Source: Paraglomus brasilianum
Lineage: Eukaryota
Direction of reading: 5' to 3'
NCBI GenBank assembly: GCA_910592345.1
Contig: CAJVPI010000116.1
Span: 1-52,447, forward strand
DNA: 52,447 nucleotides
The notes under the pieces were generated by a model. It ran no database searches. It was not told where the DNA came from and saw only the letters and a list, made by a program, of their open reading frames with translations. Positions within the stretch are counted from its first letter, which is position 1. Each line of letters opens with the position of its first letter. Made by a program: the position numbers and the translations under genes. This document shows, piece after piece, positions 25,139 to 37,765 of the stretch.

Positions 25139-26226
25139 CAGTGTGTAACGCCTTCCGAAATTGAACGTATTTTGTAAATAAACATCATTACTAAACGTAT
25201 TCAAGTAATACATATTTCCACCAGTCCCGTTGTTCTTTCTTGCAACCACGGTTAACTCGAGACTTGAAGCCCAATGACGAACAATTTATCACTATTGGCT
25301 TAATGACGTCCAATCCTCAAGGAAATACCAATATTCCGTATCTCACTGTTGTCGACAATCTAAAAAAAACTACGAGATACGGGAACTATCGAGCACAAGA
25401 AGGGCAATGGACGTCCTTCAAAGGTTACACAAAACATCGCTCGCGCACGTGCGCTATATCGACTTGCTTCTGCCATACAAAAGACACAAGATATTTCCAT
25501 CTCACATGCTGCCACTTAGTGACATATGGAAAAAAAGAGAAGTATGAGAACTCTATATACCTCTGCAACGCCTATGCTCACTGGTCGGCATATTGAGCTA
25601 CGAAAGCTTGGGTACTGGCACACTTACGGGACAATTGGGCCCGAACTATATTTACTGACGAGACAGCATTTGATCTTTTCCGGAATAAAGTCCGTCGGTG
25701 GCATAAGAGTGACGAAAAACCTATTTGTCGGTTACTAAAATCACGCTAAAAAGTAATGGCATGGGGGGGGCATTTCACGAAAAGGAAAAACGCCTTTATT
25801 TTGCTTCACAAACGTAATGGATGGTAAGCATATTGCAGACATAGCTCCTGCCGCTGCTCAACATATGTACGGCAAAAACTGCTAAGGATTTTATTGTAGA
25901 AATGGAATTTGGACTATTGATTGGGCGTCTAATAGTCTGAATTGGCATATAGTGAAGAACAATGTTGAAAAAACGGATACCAAAAAATATTGACAAATTA
26001 AAGCAGTTTATGACTGAAGATTGAAATGCAATTCCAGAAATGACTGTAAAAAATTTAGTTTCATCAATGAAAAAGTAGTGTGAGCTTGTTTTGGAGAAAA
26101 ATAGAGATAGAATTTTATATTGAAAATTATATAAGCTTTCTAAAAAAAGCTGGAATTGTCTAAACATTTCACATGGTCATTGAGTTATGGTACTTTTTGT
26201 GAAGGCAGTTTTTTTATTACACACTG
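25139..26226 (+). mobile_element. Degenerate full-span Tc1-family DNA transposon
   Basis: TA|CAGTGTGTAA..GCCTTC and GAAGGC..TTACACACTG|TA termini. Frameshifted transposase: 'KKGNGRPSKVT', 'NWARTIFTDETAF', 'KVMAWGGIS.KG', 'W.IVKNNVEKR.PKN..LKQ...NAIP', 'NLVSSM'. Confidence 0.85.
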
Positions 26227-26245
26227 TATATGTAAGTCATTCGAA

Positions 26246-26600
26246 GCGACGACGACTTTGCATTCGCGTCATCATTTCATATTCAATGCACATATTTTTT
26301 TTTTCCAGTTAAAAATAATCAATTCAACCGGCCATCTGTCAAATAATGACGATGGATTCGCATTTGCGTCGTCATTCGCGATCAAGCAATCAATCGAAAA
26401 AAAGTAATTATTAATTATTGCACGCTAGATTTTTTTCTCTTTCGGTCTGCGGAACAGAAACAATTAATTCAGCAGTTAGCAGACAATGACGATGGCTTTG
26501 CGTTTACGTCGTCATGCTCGACTTTTTGCTAACTGGAGGAAGCCCAGCCAGAAGCAATCAATCAAAAAAACTACTACGCTAGATTTTTTTTCTTCCGGTT
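26246..26600. repeat. Degenerate tandem array; three units, each with an imperfect palindrome ATGACGA...TCGTCAT
   Basis: Cores at ~26246, 26346 and 26486; 'aagcaatcaatc' and 'cgctagatttttttc' are also duplicated. Confidence 0.65.
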
Positions 26601-26699
26601 TAAATTAATTGAAAAAATCGCTGGCAATAAGAAATCAATTCGGATCATGGGGTATATCTTCAGATGCGAAAGCATCCTCGCTTCGCGAGACGAAAATTT

Positions 26700-26880
26700 T
26701 ACGCATCTTGATCCCATAGAAAATTTGTGGGTTATTGTCAAAAGAAACACAGAATTACAAATGCCAAGTAATTTGGCTGAATTGCAATGATTAATGATAG
26801 AAGAGTGGAATGCAATTCCAAATAGTTAATATCGTCAATTCAATGAAGAACAGATGTACACTTATAATTAAAATAATTTC
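26700..26880 (+). mobile_element. Second Tc1 transposase C-terminal fragment
   Basis: Translates LDPIENLWVIVKRN..PSNLAELQ*LMIEEWNAIP (the Tc1 'PDLNPIENLW' motif). Confidence 0.75.
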
Positions 26881-27310
26881 TTAAACTTTATGTAAATAAA
26901 ACTAGAGTTTTTAGCTTTTTAATAAACTTTACTAAATAAAAATTGATATGTTAATTGTTGAGTAACTGCGAACCTTTTTTGGCCAAAGTTTTTGTATCAT
27001 ATGATTTAGTGAGCCATGATCACCTGTATTTGCTCCAACACATCATGTTTTTCCGCATTGGTTAAAAATAAACGAAACGAAGCTGTCTGTTAAAATAGCA
27101 ATTAGCAGCCAACCTCTTGCAAGCGTATTGACAACAACCAACCAGCTTGGGTGTGAACATTGCATCATAACAAAAACAGTGCGCAGCTTTTGTTCTAGCA
27201 GACCTAGCGCCACAGAATGTGACGTGACAAAGTGGCATTATTGTGGCGCCCAACTGTACAAAATCCATTTGTGGCTTTTTGCCCTCGTAGATTCTATCCA
27301 TCCTGTCAAC

Positions 27311-28962
27311 ATGGTACGTTAATAGAATTCTATGCGAGTGGACAACCGCTACCATAGTTCTAACATGCTTCTGCACATAATATATTCATAGCACGGACGA
27401 CGCCGTGTAAAGCCGACTGCAGAGGCTGAACGTGCACGCAAAGAGAAAGAGGCCGTCAAGATTAAAGAATATAGACAACTTGTGGAAATTTGCTTTAGAA
27501 TGGAAAGTCAATTTGCATGATAATATGCGTGCTACCTCTTGGTATTTGATGCATTGCATGGCGCATTTAATATTAATGATATGTTATGGAAACGATTCAA
27601 ACCATCTATTATAATAAAACAAACATGTATATTTGGTTGCTGTCCACAGAGATCAAATCATGAATACACTCAGGATGCATTCGAAATAACGACCAAGATT
27701 TTATGGCAGAATCCTGACTTTTATACAATATGGAATTTCCGAAGGAATATACTCATACATGGACTCTTAAAAGACGCGTATGGATCCCCGTGTTTTAAGA
27801 ATTTTATTGAAATCTTACGCTTTTTTTTTTTAAACTGTATTTTTTGTTGTTCGCAGACCAGAAGATCAAAGGCAAGAGTCATTGTCTGAAGAACTCGTCT
27901 TTCTTCAAGAAATTTTTCAATCGAATCCAAAGTCCTATTGGATATTTAATCATCGTCATTGGTGTCTTGAAACCATGCCTAATCCCGACTGGAAGAAAGA
28001 ATTATATCTTGTCGAGAAGATGTTGGAACTGGATGCAAGAAATTGTAACGATAATAATATTATTATTTGTTATTATGTCTTAAATTTAATTAACTGACTT
28101 GCTTGTTTTTGAACCTCTCTCTCTAATTAAACAGTCCATGGGTGGGATTATCGACGCTATGTTAAGTCTAAACTTGTTAATAGTATGCAACCCAAAGATC
28201 TCTTACAGACAGACTTGGACTTTACCAAAAAGAAGCTGGAGCAGAACTTTTCCAACTATTCCGCTTGGCATCAGCGGAGTAAGTTGTTGCCCCATCTATT
28301 GTCAGATGCGAATGAAGACGAGAGAAAAAGATTAATTGATGAAGGTAACTCTACCCTCCATGGTAGACATTGGGCGATTGAACTGCTACAAGACTCGTTT
28401 TTCTTTCATTAGAATTCGGAATTGCCAAGTCGGCTATTTACACGGATCCTGATGATCAGAGTGCTTGGCTGTATTACTGGTGGCTGCTTGGGAGAGGTAC
28501 GTGTTGTGCATCGAATTGGCATTGCTTAATACTCTAGTAACAAATCTAAATTTTGGGTCCTAGAACCACACCGTATCCCCGTTCCTGGTGATAGTATACA
28601 CGAAGAGTCTTCGGTGGCATTAGTAACAATAAAAGGAGATCGATCCACTATAATAGCTGATGAAATAGAAGAATTTAAAGAACTGCTCGAAGAAGAGTCA
28701 AACAGCAAATGTAAGACTTTTTATTTACATTATAGAATGTCTTGTGCGGCGGTTTGTGACTAAAATCATATTCATTTCCTTCTAACCAGGGTGTCTACAG
28801 ACGCTTATGCATTTGTATCAAGAACTCAAATACGCCAAGAAGCTAGATGATTCTGAAGTGTGTAAATTTAATGATGAAATAGTGGGGATCTGTGACCGAT
28901 TGATTAAGATTGATAGTATGAGAGCCCGTCGTTACGAGGATATACGTAATAATCTCAAGTGA
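27311..28962 (+). CDS. BET4: Rab geranylgeranyltransferase (type II) alpha subunit; ATG-only first exon, 8 exons
   Basis: ATG|GTACGT..TAG|CACGGA gives the conserved MHG start. PPTA repeats: 'NPDFYTIWNFRR', 'NPKSYWIFNHRHW', 'DARNFHGWDYRR', 'NFSNYSAWHQRS', 'TDPDDQSAWLYY'; C-terminal 'IDSMRARRYED'. Confidence 0.92.
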
Positions 28963-29771
28963 CAAGCTTGCTTATGCTGTGAAAATTTGTAGTTCTTACC
29001 ACAAGACTTTGTTTCAGTAATGTGTATTTAATTCTCATTTCAAATCGTGAAATTGGATAATTGCAATTAGATAAAGTTTGAAAAATCTGTTTCTTTTTAT
29101 TAACTATTCTGTCATGCGTTGACTGTAAACATAGCACAGAAAGTTCTCCATCTCGATAAGTTCTTTATTCTGCGTCTAATGATAAACTTCTTTACGTGAA
29201 GGTATTCTCACCTGATTACGAATACAGTCAACTATTTTCCCTTTGGGATTTAAGCTTCCACACTCTATCACGGGATACCTAAAATTTGATCTTAGTATTA
29301 GTCCTTTCGTCTTGTGATCAATCGAACAAATAATTAATTAAATAGGTACGAGCTGGCTCAAATCTCATTTCAAACAGACCACCGAGTTTTTGAATCTCAT
29401 TCAGTAGGTAAACTAATTGGTTCTCTTCCTGGTTCGAAATCACAACAAAGTATTAGTATGGTTACTATCATCTTCTATTCTATAAAACTTCCGGAGATTG
29501 GTCAAAAGAATGACAATGTAATGTTTATGTTACTCAATTCCCAATTTGTCTTGTTGTGTTCACTTTGTCCATATTAGTCTTGATAAGGAGGAGAGCACTA
29601 GCTGAATTAATTTGAAACACGTGTAAATAAATTGGGTGTATATGGGACCTTAGCGTTAGCTAAACGTTCTAAGATCAGACTGGTAGTGGCAAACTAATAA
29701 CAGACAGCGATGGCAGCGAAAGATTGTGAAATAAAAATAAATATAGAGGGATGTGGAAGGAATCAGAGAGG

Positions 29772-31170
29772 CTAAGCCCTCCTATCATCAATCAGAATTT
29801 TCATAGTAGCGTAAACAACGTCTTGTGGATCTCCTTCCCCGAGTGTTAAATTCCAATACCTTTGATGTCAAAGAATGGGTATTATTATTATTATTATTAC
29901 AGATGATAGTTTCGATTCGAACATAAACAGTGTTCGCTTAATATAGAAATGATTTTCATTTAATAGATTGCAACTTCTTTTACAAATAAAATGTTCATTG
30001 ATAAAAGACTATACACAGATGATAAGCTGTAGGTTATCAATTGCTTTGAAAATAGATCTCACCAATACGGTCAAGTCTGAAAATAAAAATGCTACATTAA
30101 TAGATAGATGGACCAAAAATCTGTATGGAAAAACTCCATTTATTTCCGCCTCACCAAATGTTACCATATCCTTGTGCCCAATTCTCTTTCCAACCGCCCT
30201 TATCTGGTTTTGCCTTCACCAAATCAGGACCTTTACTACTGTCCTGTGTTTTCATTGTCTTTACTTGAGACATGAGTGCTTCATTTAGTTCTAACAATGG
30301 GCTGAGTAACGGGTCATCTGGGGTCGAAGGCGAATTTACAGAAGCAGGACTGCTTGATGAGCTGTTGGGATAATACGAGCTTGACATATTGGGTGAATTA
30401 GATGAATTTATGTCGACTATTAAAGCTTCAGCGCGTCTGAAGCCGCTGCCCACCAATCGAAACGTTACTTCTGCTATGTTCGATTTCGCAGGTGCGTCTT
30501 TTGAGCTCCGTTTTATATTATCGTTCCTGTATTGTCGTGCGTCCTGTCGTGATGCATCTTGTCGTGGTGCATCCTGCCATGATGCATCTTGTCGTGGTGC
30601 ATCCTGCCATGATGCATCTTGTCGTGGTGCATCCTGCCATGATACATCTTGTCGTGGTGCATCCTGCCATGATGTATTTTGTCGTGGTGCATCCTGCCAT
30701 GATGTATTTTGTCGTGGTGCATCCTGTCGTGATCGTGGTACATCCTGTCGTGGGGCATCGTGCCATGATGCATCTTGTCGTGGGGCATCCTGTCGTGGGG
30801 CATCCTGTCGTGGGGCATCGTGCCGTGGGGCATCTTGTCGATTACTAAATGGCTTATACTGGTAAAAAAAAGATTGATTTATGTTTGTCATTGACTACCA
30901 AATATTTTAAAGACAAATAATAATACCTGATTTTCATGGCGTGGCACCAATTCCGATGGCTCTTGTGTGTCGTTCATCACTTCATCGTCTTCACGACTGT
31001 TAATGTTTTTCTGAGCCTCCGAATGTGTCCAATGTTTTTCAAAGGGTTTTTTTGGCTCTACGATACCTAACCCCACGACGTTCCAGTAGCGAAATGTCTC
31101 TTTTTCGGGTGGCACATCACTCCCCAAGACAGCAGCAGCTGTGAATTCTTCTCCCGACGTTTCTTTAATC
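29772..31170 (-). CDS. Hypothetical low-complexity protein with pentapeptide (R/W)QD(A/V)(P/S) repeats; both ends uncertain
   Basis: Phase-0 GT-AG intron 30926-30859 joins the 127-aa and 246-aa ORFs (..RHENQ|YKPFSNRQDAP). A possible last exon encodes ..WYWNLTLGEGDPQDVVY... Start codon not found. Confidence 0.45.
30532..30840. repeat. 15-bp minisatellite, ~20 units, with 30-bp higher-order period
   Basis: Alternating 'tcttgtcgtggtgca' and 'tcctgccatgatgca' units; open in five listed reading frames. Confidence 0.95.
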
Positions 31171-32519
31171 TTTTGAAGAATGTAATTTTTGTGACACGTT
31201 GTTTGTTCATATCGTTCATTGGCATGAGAAGAAAGAAAAGGCAAGTGAAAGAAACAGAAGAAAAACCTCACGAGAATTCCTGTTATTGTCTGATATATTA
31301 CTTTCAGGTTGCTATTGAGGATAACGGAAGGATTTGTTTAACTTTCCCGCCGAGGCGTGTACTACAATGTTGCAAGCGAAAGAGACAAACTAGTCACCTT
31401 TGCTAATATGGCGGCGTTCCACGGCCGGTATTCGTCCTTGGGAGTTCTGTTTTTTCTTCCGTTTCCACGTTTTTTCCACATACTGAGTTACGCGATAAGT
31501 TGTGTCGGATAACGACAGTGTTTTAGCGTTATCAAAAAAATCATTGGGATTGCCGGTTTATATCTTATTTAAGAGATCAAATTACCTGAAAGATGTAACT
31601 ATGATGATTACGATCAACCAATGATATGTCGCGTTAAAAATATTCTGTTGTTACCGATGATGATATGATGATGATAACTTGTTATTGAGCTTTACGTGTT
31701 CATCGCTGGATTGATATCAACCAAGATTTCTTTGGAGTAATCATTACTATTACGCTGAAGCGGTCGATTTGACGTGCATTCCTTCAACGACCATTAAATT
31801 CTGCACATTTGCTTCAATTCTGTATCACCTGCTCGAGTAATGATTATCGAATAGATTCTCACACACATGCCATGAATAGCATGAGGGCACATCGCGTTTG
31901 CATTTTTTGGGATTAACACCACCAAAACATTAACTTTATTTATGCAAACGCATAATAAAGCAAGCGTGGTTATGCGTGGGTAGAAGCGTAGAAGGGAACT
32001 TGAAACGATTGCTATCATAATCAAAATTACTATTACGTATGTAACTTTGTTAAAGTTTTTGCGTTGCCAATCAGCGATTACACTATAATAACTTCAAGAA
32101 TTTATATTGGGACTTAAAGGTCAGAGTCACGTTTTCTTCGAGGGGATGAAAGCAAAGACAAATCAATACGTTACTGCAACGTGTAGCGAGCACCCGGTGT
32201 TTACAAATTTAGATCAGTAAAAATCAAAATCCTTGAATAAATCGAGACAAAACAAACAACACCGAGAAGGAGTAAATCAAGTAACATTATCATAACGCAA
32301 TTTGTTTTATTAGCTGGTTGAGCGTCAACTGCTATTATTAGTATCTTTCGAATGTGTAATAGGAGCCTTTTACATTACGAATATTCGGCCTCGACAATAA
32401 TAAAAAAGTGACGTTTGTTAATATTTAATTAATGAAATCCAGATCCCTGGTAAACCAGACACAGAATAAGTAAATACTGTAATAGTAATCCCAACATTGT
32501 TGTCGCCACACACCGAAAC

Positions 32520-35500
32520 ATGATTCTACACTTTTTGCTTTTGGTGGTAGGTGTCCTGCTGGCACCTGCTTCAAAGGCAGCCTTACAACCAGCCAGATTT
32601 CCTTCTAACGCTCTACATAATGTTGACGTTGGACTGAATAATATTGATGGAACAGTGGCCGCTTTTGCTGATTTCAATTCTGACAAGTTGTTAGTATGTT
32701 ATGATATATATCGTAAAGACGTGATCATTGCCGCATACTTACAACAAACCTGATGTGGTTTAGCACAGACATACTCGTACTAAGTGCCGATCAGCAACAT
32801 GTAAACGTTTACATATGGGATCATGGTAATGTTCGATTCTAATCTTAAAAGCTTGCAAAAATTATATGAAAGATATGTCGCTTATCTTATTCTTTACACG
32901 TCTATCAACTAGCCAAAGGGCAATTCATAAAATCTCCCAGCGCCACGATTGCAATTGAACCTAACGACTTTACAATAACAAACGTTCTTCCTGGCGATTT
33001 TAATTACGATGGGAATCTTGATGTACTCGTAATGGGTCCTAATAAAAAGAATGATGACGAATTGATATTGCGAGTATACCTTGGAGATGGGGAGAGTCAA
33101 TTCAGTGCGTACCTTTTGAGCTTTCAAGTTAAAACGGGTGGAATTGCATCGATGGAGCACTAATATTATTCGCAAAATAGATACAACTTACTTGGAGGTA
33201 CCGTCTGCTATGTCACCTCAACCCATTCCTTTTGATTTTTCTGGCAATATGACGACGGATCTTTTGGGATACCGATATGATAACAATCCCGATAAAAAAT
33301 TAACACTCTGGAAGAACATTTACAACCCGGAAAGCGACGTTCTATTTGAAGTGTAAGTCGTGGTTGAAAGTTATTTGTTACAACTGACAGCCTGTAGGCT
33401 TATTGACATTGTTGGATCACAGATCAGATCTACCCGTAGATGACACTGCGTGTGAATTAGCCGACCCCCATTCTAATGCATTCATAGATTTGAACGGCGA
33501 TTGCTTATCAGGTATGTTAGTGAATAATTCTGTTGCATCTATCAAAACTCTACTAAGACTGCCTATACTATTGTAGATTTATTCTTGACGTGTCAGGATG
33601 AGGATGGTGGAAAGTCATTTCAAATATGGATTAATGACAAGGAAAAGGGCTTTGTTCTCAGTAAGAACGAAGGCAAACTCCCTGAAGGAACTGGACAGAT
33701 ATCTTTTGCTGATCTCGGTAGATATACTGCATACTTCAATCTTTGTTGATTATGAAAAAGGATGATGTAGTGAGCCATCTATTCATGTTATGATTCAACA
33801 GATGGGGATGGTACGATAGACATGATTTTCCCAGTGTGCAGTAAATCGTCATGTGAAATACATACCGCATACAACAGGCAAATACCTCTGTGCACAGATA
33901 AGAAGGATACTAACTGCAGACAGGCGGCTCAACTTTGTGCAGCCGATGACGCGTTTACCTTTGATTTGAAACAAAGTCCAGATAATGATGTATGTGTATG
34001 ATAATTATGGCATACGCTTTCCGAAAGTAGGAGGGAGACTCACAATTGTACTGCAAAAATTCTACTCGATGAGGCAGGCGTATGTGGTAATCCCGACAGA
34101 TAGCTTGCTCGATGGTGGCATGATCGTAACCGACGATGACGAATTCAATGGTGTATTACCGGTACCAATACGAATAGGTACGACAGTTTGAGACGTAACC
34201 CTCATAAGCATGATTGTCGGTTTTCTAATGTACAAGCTCGGAATCTAATTCTTTGGAAACTGAATTTTTATTATAGGCGACTATAATCTTGATGGGTATC
34301 CAGATCTTCTTATAATTAGTTCAACAGGCGGTAATTCATATGTATCGTTATTGCGCTCTGACCCGTGTCCAAACGAAAAGTCCGAATGTCATCCAAGTGC
34401 TCAAAGGCGCACCTTTGTTAAAGTTAAAGAAGGGGCTGAAGATCTTAGAGCGATCGAAAACGCTAAACAAGCAGCCTTTTTCGATCTTGATGAGGATGTG
34501 AGTGTGTACTAGTATGAGGGACCATTAATTGTTTGAAATGTGATCAATTAAATTTCTGTTTTCTTATAGGGAACTTTAGATATCATAGTTCTTGGCTCTT
34601 CAGGATCCGGAAATGCTGCGAGAGAAGTGCACGCAATACAAAATAACTATTTTAATGACGCATTTTTTGTCAAGACACTTGGTTCGTAAACAATCCTTGT
34701 TTAGCACAAGCATTTTATTCGATTTTCACTCAGACTTTTTTATCTTATTTTAGTACTCAATGGCGTAGAGAAGAAACAAAATTTTGGAGTAAACTATCCT
34801 GGAGCAGCGTTCAAGTTCACAGTTCTTGACACTTCGGGAAAGAAGAGAGCAAACCAAGGTACTCGATTTAATCGTAGAGGACATATGCCTTTGTAGATTT
34901 ATTAACATTGTGAACCGAATTTAGTTGCTCAATATTCGCAAGCTGGATACATTTCGATGCAGACGCCTTATTCTCTGTTTGGGCTAGGACGTACTAATAA
35001 TTACGTTGAAGAATTGTTTGTGGGAACAACGCGTAATCAAGTTTGTATCTGGAAAAAGGAACATTATTTGCAACATATAAGCTTTATGTCAGAACTAACA
35101 AATAACTCACTTTTTATATAGACTAATCACTACAGCACCTTTTCAGGAGTAATACCGAATTCACAGCTGATAATTATTCCATATCAGCCAAGCGATGTAG
35201 AAAATCCTAGCACGTATGTTGTAGTCGCTTATAATGGTGTCTATTATTGTTTTGTCTAATTTTCATGTTTTTTCTTTCACAGATGGACTCTTGAATTGTA
35301 CATTCATCCCGGTGATTGGGTTCCTTGGGTGTTGATCACTCTGATTGCAGCTACGGGAGTACTTGCTCTTGTGGTGTTTACATTGAATTGGATGGAAAAG
35401 GTAAATTGTTGTTTACAGTGCATACGTATGTTGTGTGTAGAATCCGGTCGTTTCCTGCATATTGCAACGTTAGCGATATTCAGCCAGATCAGAAATCTAC

Positions 35501-35660
35501 TGTGTGGGTGGGGAATCGGGTTCCCGCACAACGTACATACGCGATTGTAAATTATGACATTTAAGCTGGTTGATCTAACGTCTTTCGTCATCTTATGTAG
35601 CGAGAGGATGAGTTGGAAAAGCGCAAGGCGCTACACGTTATAAACTTTGATGCGTTGTGA
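32520..35660 (+). CDS. ITFG1: T-cell immunomodulatory protein / ITFG1 (LINKIN) homolog: signal peptide, FG-GAP repeats, C-terminal TM; many exons
   Basis: Signal peptide; 'AAFADFNSDK', 'GDFNYDGNLDVL', 'PHSNAFIDLNGDCLSD', 'GDYNLDGYPDLL', 'FGLGRTNNYVEEL', 'IPNSQLII'; TM helix, then 'EKREDELEKRKALHVINFDAL*'. Confidence 0.9.
35416..35547. mobile_element. Degenerate hairpin MITE in the last intron of the ITFG1-like gene
   Basis: TA|CAGTGCATACGTATGTTGTGTG versus reverse complement of right CAATCGCGTATGTACGTTGTGCG|; mismatches are mostly transitions at CpG. Confidence 0.65.
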
Positions 35661-36829
35661 ATAATTTATTGGAACACCCACAGAAAAGGTTCAGCAATAC
35701 AATTTCTAATTATTGGGTTCGTCATTGTTAATTCATATGGCTCCAAAAAATAAATAATAAATAAACAAATAATAGACGGATGTCATTTCGCCACCAACTG
35801 CCTTCATTATTCGTTTATGTTATAAACATCCATTAGAGTATGCAGACGCGTGTTCGATTGCCATGGTATCATTGGTGGTTGGGACATAGTCGGTATGTGT
35901 GTGTGTGTCTCGTTGATGATATGGACTGCATATGCGAGAATTGACAGTATATAGCAAATGGATAATATTCAAGCGCAGAAATTCAGGGCTTGGTACAGTA
36001 ATGTGTCCTATGATTAGACTTCTTGTTTATTCTGATACGGAATGTTTCACACGCGAAATATAATCTTAATTGGATTGAATTGTCCAACTGAATATTTACT
36101 TGACCATATGTTTATGTTGTTATGAATTTAGCACTTCAAAGTTCATTTAGTTGTCAAGTTAATTTATTAAATTCTTAGAAGGTCAAAGTCCTGTAGAAGA
36201 CCCAACAAAGATTTAATCGCGGGTTTCACCAGATCATCAAATCTTCCTTATCCTCGATCATCAATAACAAACAACAAAACATTGGACTTTGTAAACGCGA
36301 AATATATTGATACAATGTACAACAACAGCTATGTACGCGTAATGGACAAAAACAATGTTACTAAATTACTCGATTAGTCGGACACGGAAGATATCAAGCA
36401 TGTCAAAATAGTTTGTAAAGTAACGTTGTTCGGCTTATCAAGGGAAAAAAGAAACGAGCAGAGAAATTTTGTCTGTCTTCGATTTACTAAACAAACGCTT
36501 GGTCGAAAGGAGAAAATTAATGCAGGGATAGACATAACCCCATATCGATATGATCCAAAAACACTTGTTTATCAATATCTCTATCAAGTTTTGCTAACCT
36601 GCGAGCAATCAATCATATAATTATCGACTTGTATTGAACCTATCAGATTGCTATGCAAGAAACCATAAAGATCATGCAAACAAATATTAATATGCAAAGT
36701 CTGGAAGCTTACAAGTCTGCAGGTCGGGTAAAGCTTATCTATCTTTTGTTGTCAGCCTGCTCAAATATGAATTGTCCAACCAGGATTCCAGTGTAGCTTG
36801 TATGCTATGGATCTTAAATATCATAGCAT

Positions 36830-37020
36830 CTGCAGATTTACTCGGAGGGATGGTTCAACTCAAATATATGGAATAGTCATTACGTTGTGACCAATTTTTT
36901 TTCTTACAGAAAATAATAAAGAGGTCTAAAATTGGCAGAAAGTGTGATGGAATTTTGGAGAGCTTGCATCGACTCAGCGTGTTTCATATGGAGTAGGCTG
37001 TGGGGCTGAGGTCTTCTAAA
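36830..37020 (+). pseudogene. Fragment of a Mucoromycota PD-(D/E)xK-like (Crinkler-like) gene family
   Basis: Frame-broken 'SEGWFNSNIWN' and 'KIGRKCDGIL' motifs, recalled from these expanded families. Confidence 0.4.
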
Positions 37021-37189
37021 TCCGCTTCGTCATCCTTATTGAGCTCGTATACTGTCACAACGATTTTCCTAGGTGTTCGAAGGCCAACTTCGCAATCTTC
37101 CTTTTTCCGTTTACAATGACCTTTCCCAAGGAGTATGCTTCAGCTATGCAGCTAGTGAAGCGGAAATCTTTTATGAAACGTGATTAGCA

Positions 37190-37240
37190 GACAGAAACGG
37201 ACGCCCTTACAAGGTTACACAAAATATCGCTCGCGCCGTA
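37190..37240 (+). mobile_element. Short fragment of the same Tc1 family as 25139-26226
   Basis: 'ggacgcccttacaaggttacacaaaatatcgctcgcgc' versus 'ggacgtccttcaaaggttacacaaaacatcgctcgcgc' at ~25410. Confidence 0.7.
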
Positions 37241-37765
37241 CCTTATTCACGGGCTACCAAAATTACACCAAAAAGTAGGACTTTCTATAAAGGATACGAC
37301 CAGAAATCTCATTATATATATTCGTTCGCAGGGTAGCCCAGTTCTACAGTTACGAGATAACTTGTGGTTGGACGAAGTGGTTCCGAAGTATGTCAAGCAG
37401 AAACGTGCTTGTTGGCAACGATGTTTTAGATCAATCAGCCCGGACAATCCTTGGATAGCTAGGTTTACCGAGATACTAATGACAACAAATGACCTCGATA
37501 AGTTGGACCACGTGATTGTATAAAAATCTACAGATTTATAGTTGCGGATTAACTTACTCAGAAAGGATGTTCTTGTAATTTTATTTGATAATCTAGAAAG
37601 GACATTTTTGTAATGTAAGCAAAATGTTTATAAAGTTATATCATTGCTAATATTATTTCGATCGTTTGTGCAATTTCTAAGTAATTACATGGAATACATA
37701 GAAGTAAAAATTTACCAACGTCGTTCTCAAAATAGGTTTGATCGTATGAGTGTACCGATCTCTAA

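Noticed and set aside
26246..26600. CRISPR-like array
   Set aside because: Only three degenerate repeats; spacers are unequal and related to each other; eukaryotic context with no cas genes.
30389..30865. Cys-rich, His-rich and Val-rich ORFs as separate metal-binding genes
   Set aside because: They are alternative frames of a stop-free 15-bp repeat; only the RQDAP frame has splice support.
31595..31760. C/D-box snoRNA (ATGATGA ... CTGA)
   Set aside because: The boxes lie in a low-complexity (GAT)n tract; no terminal stem or recognisable rRNA guide.
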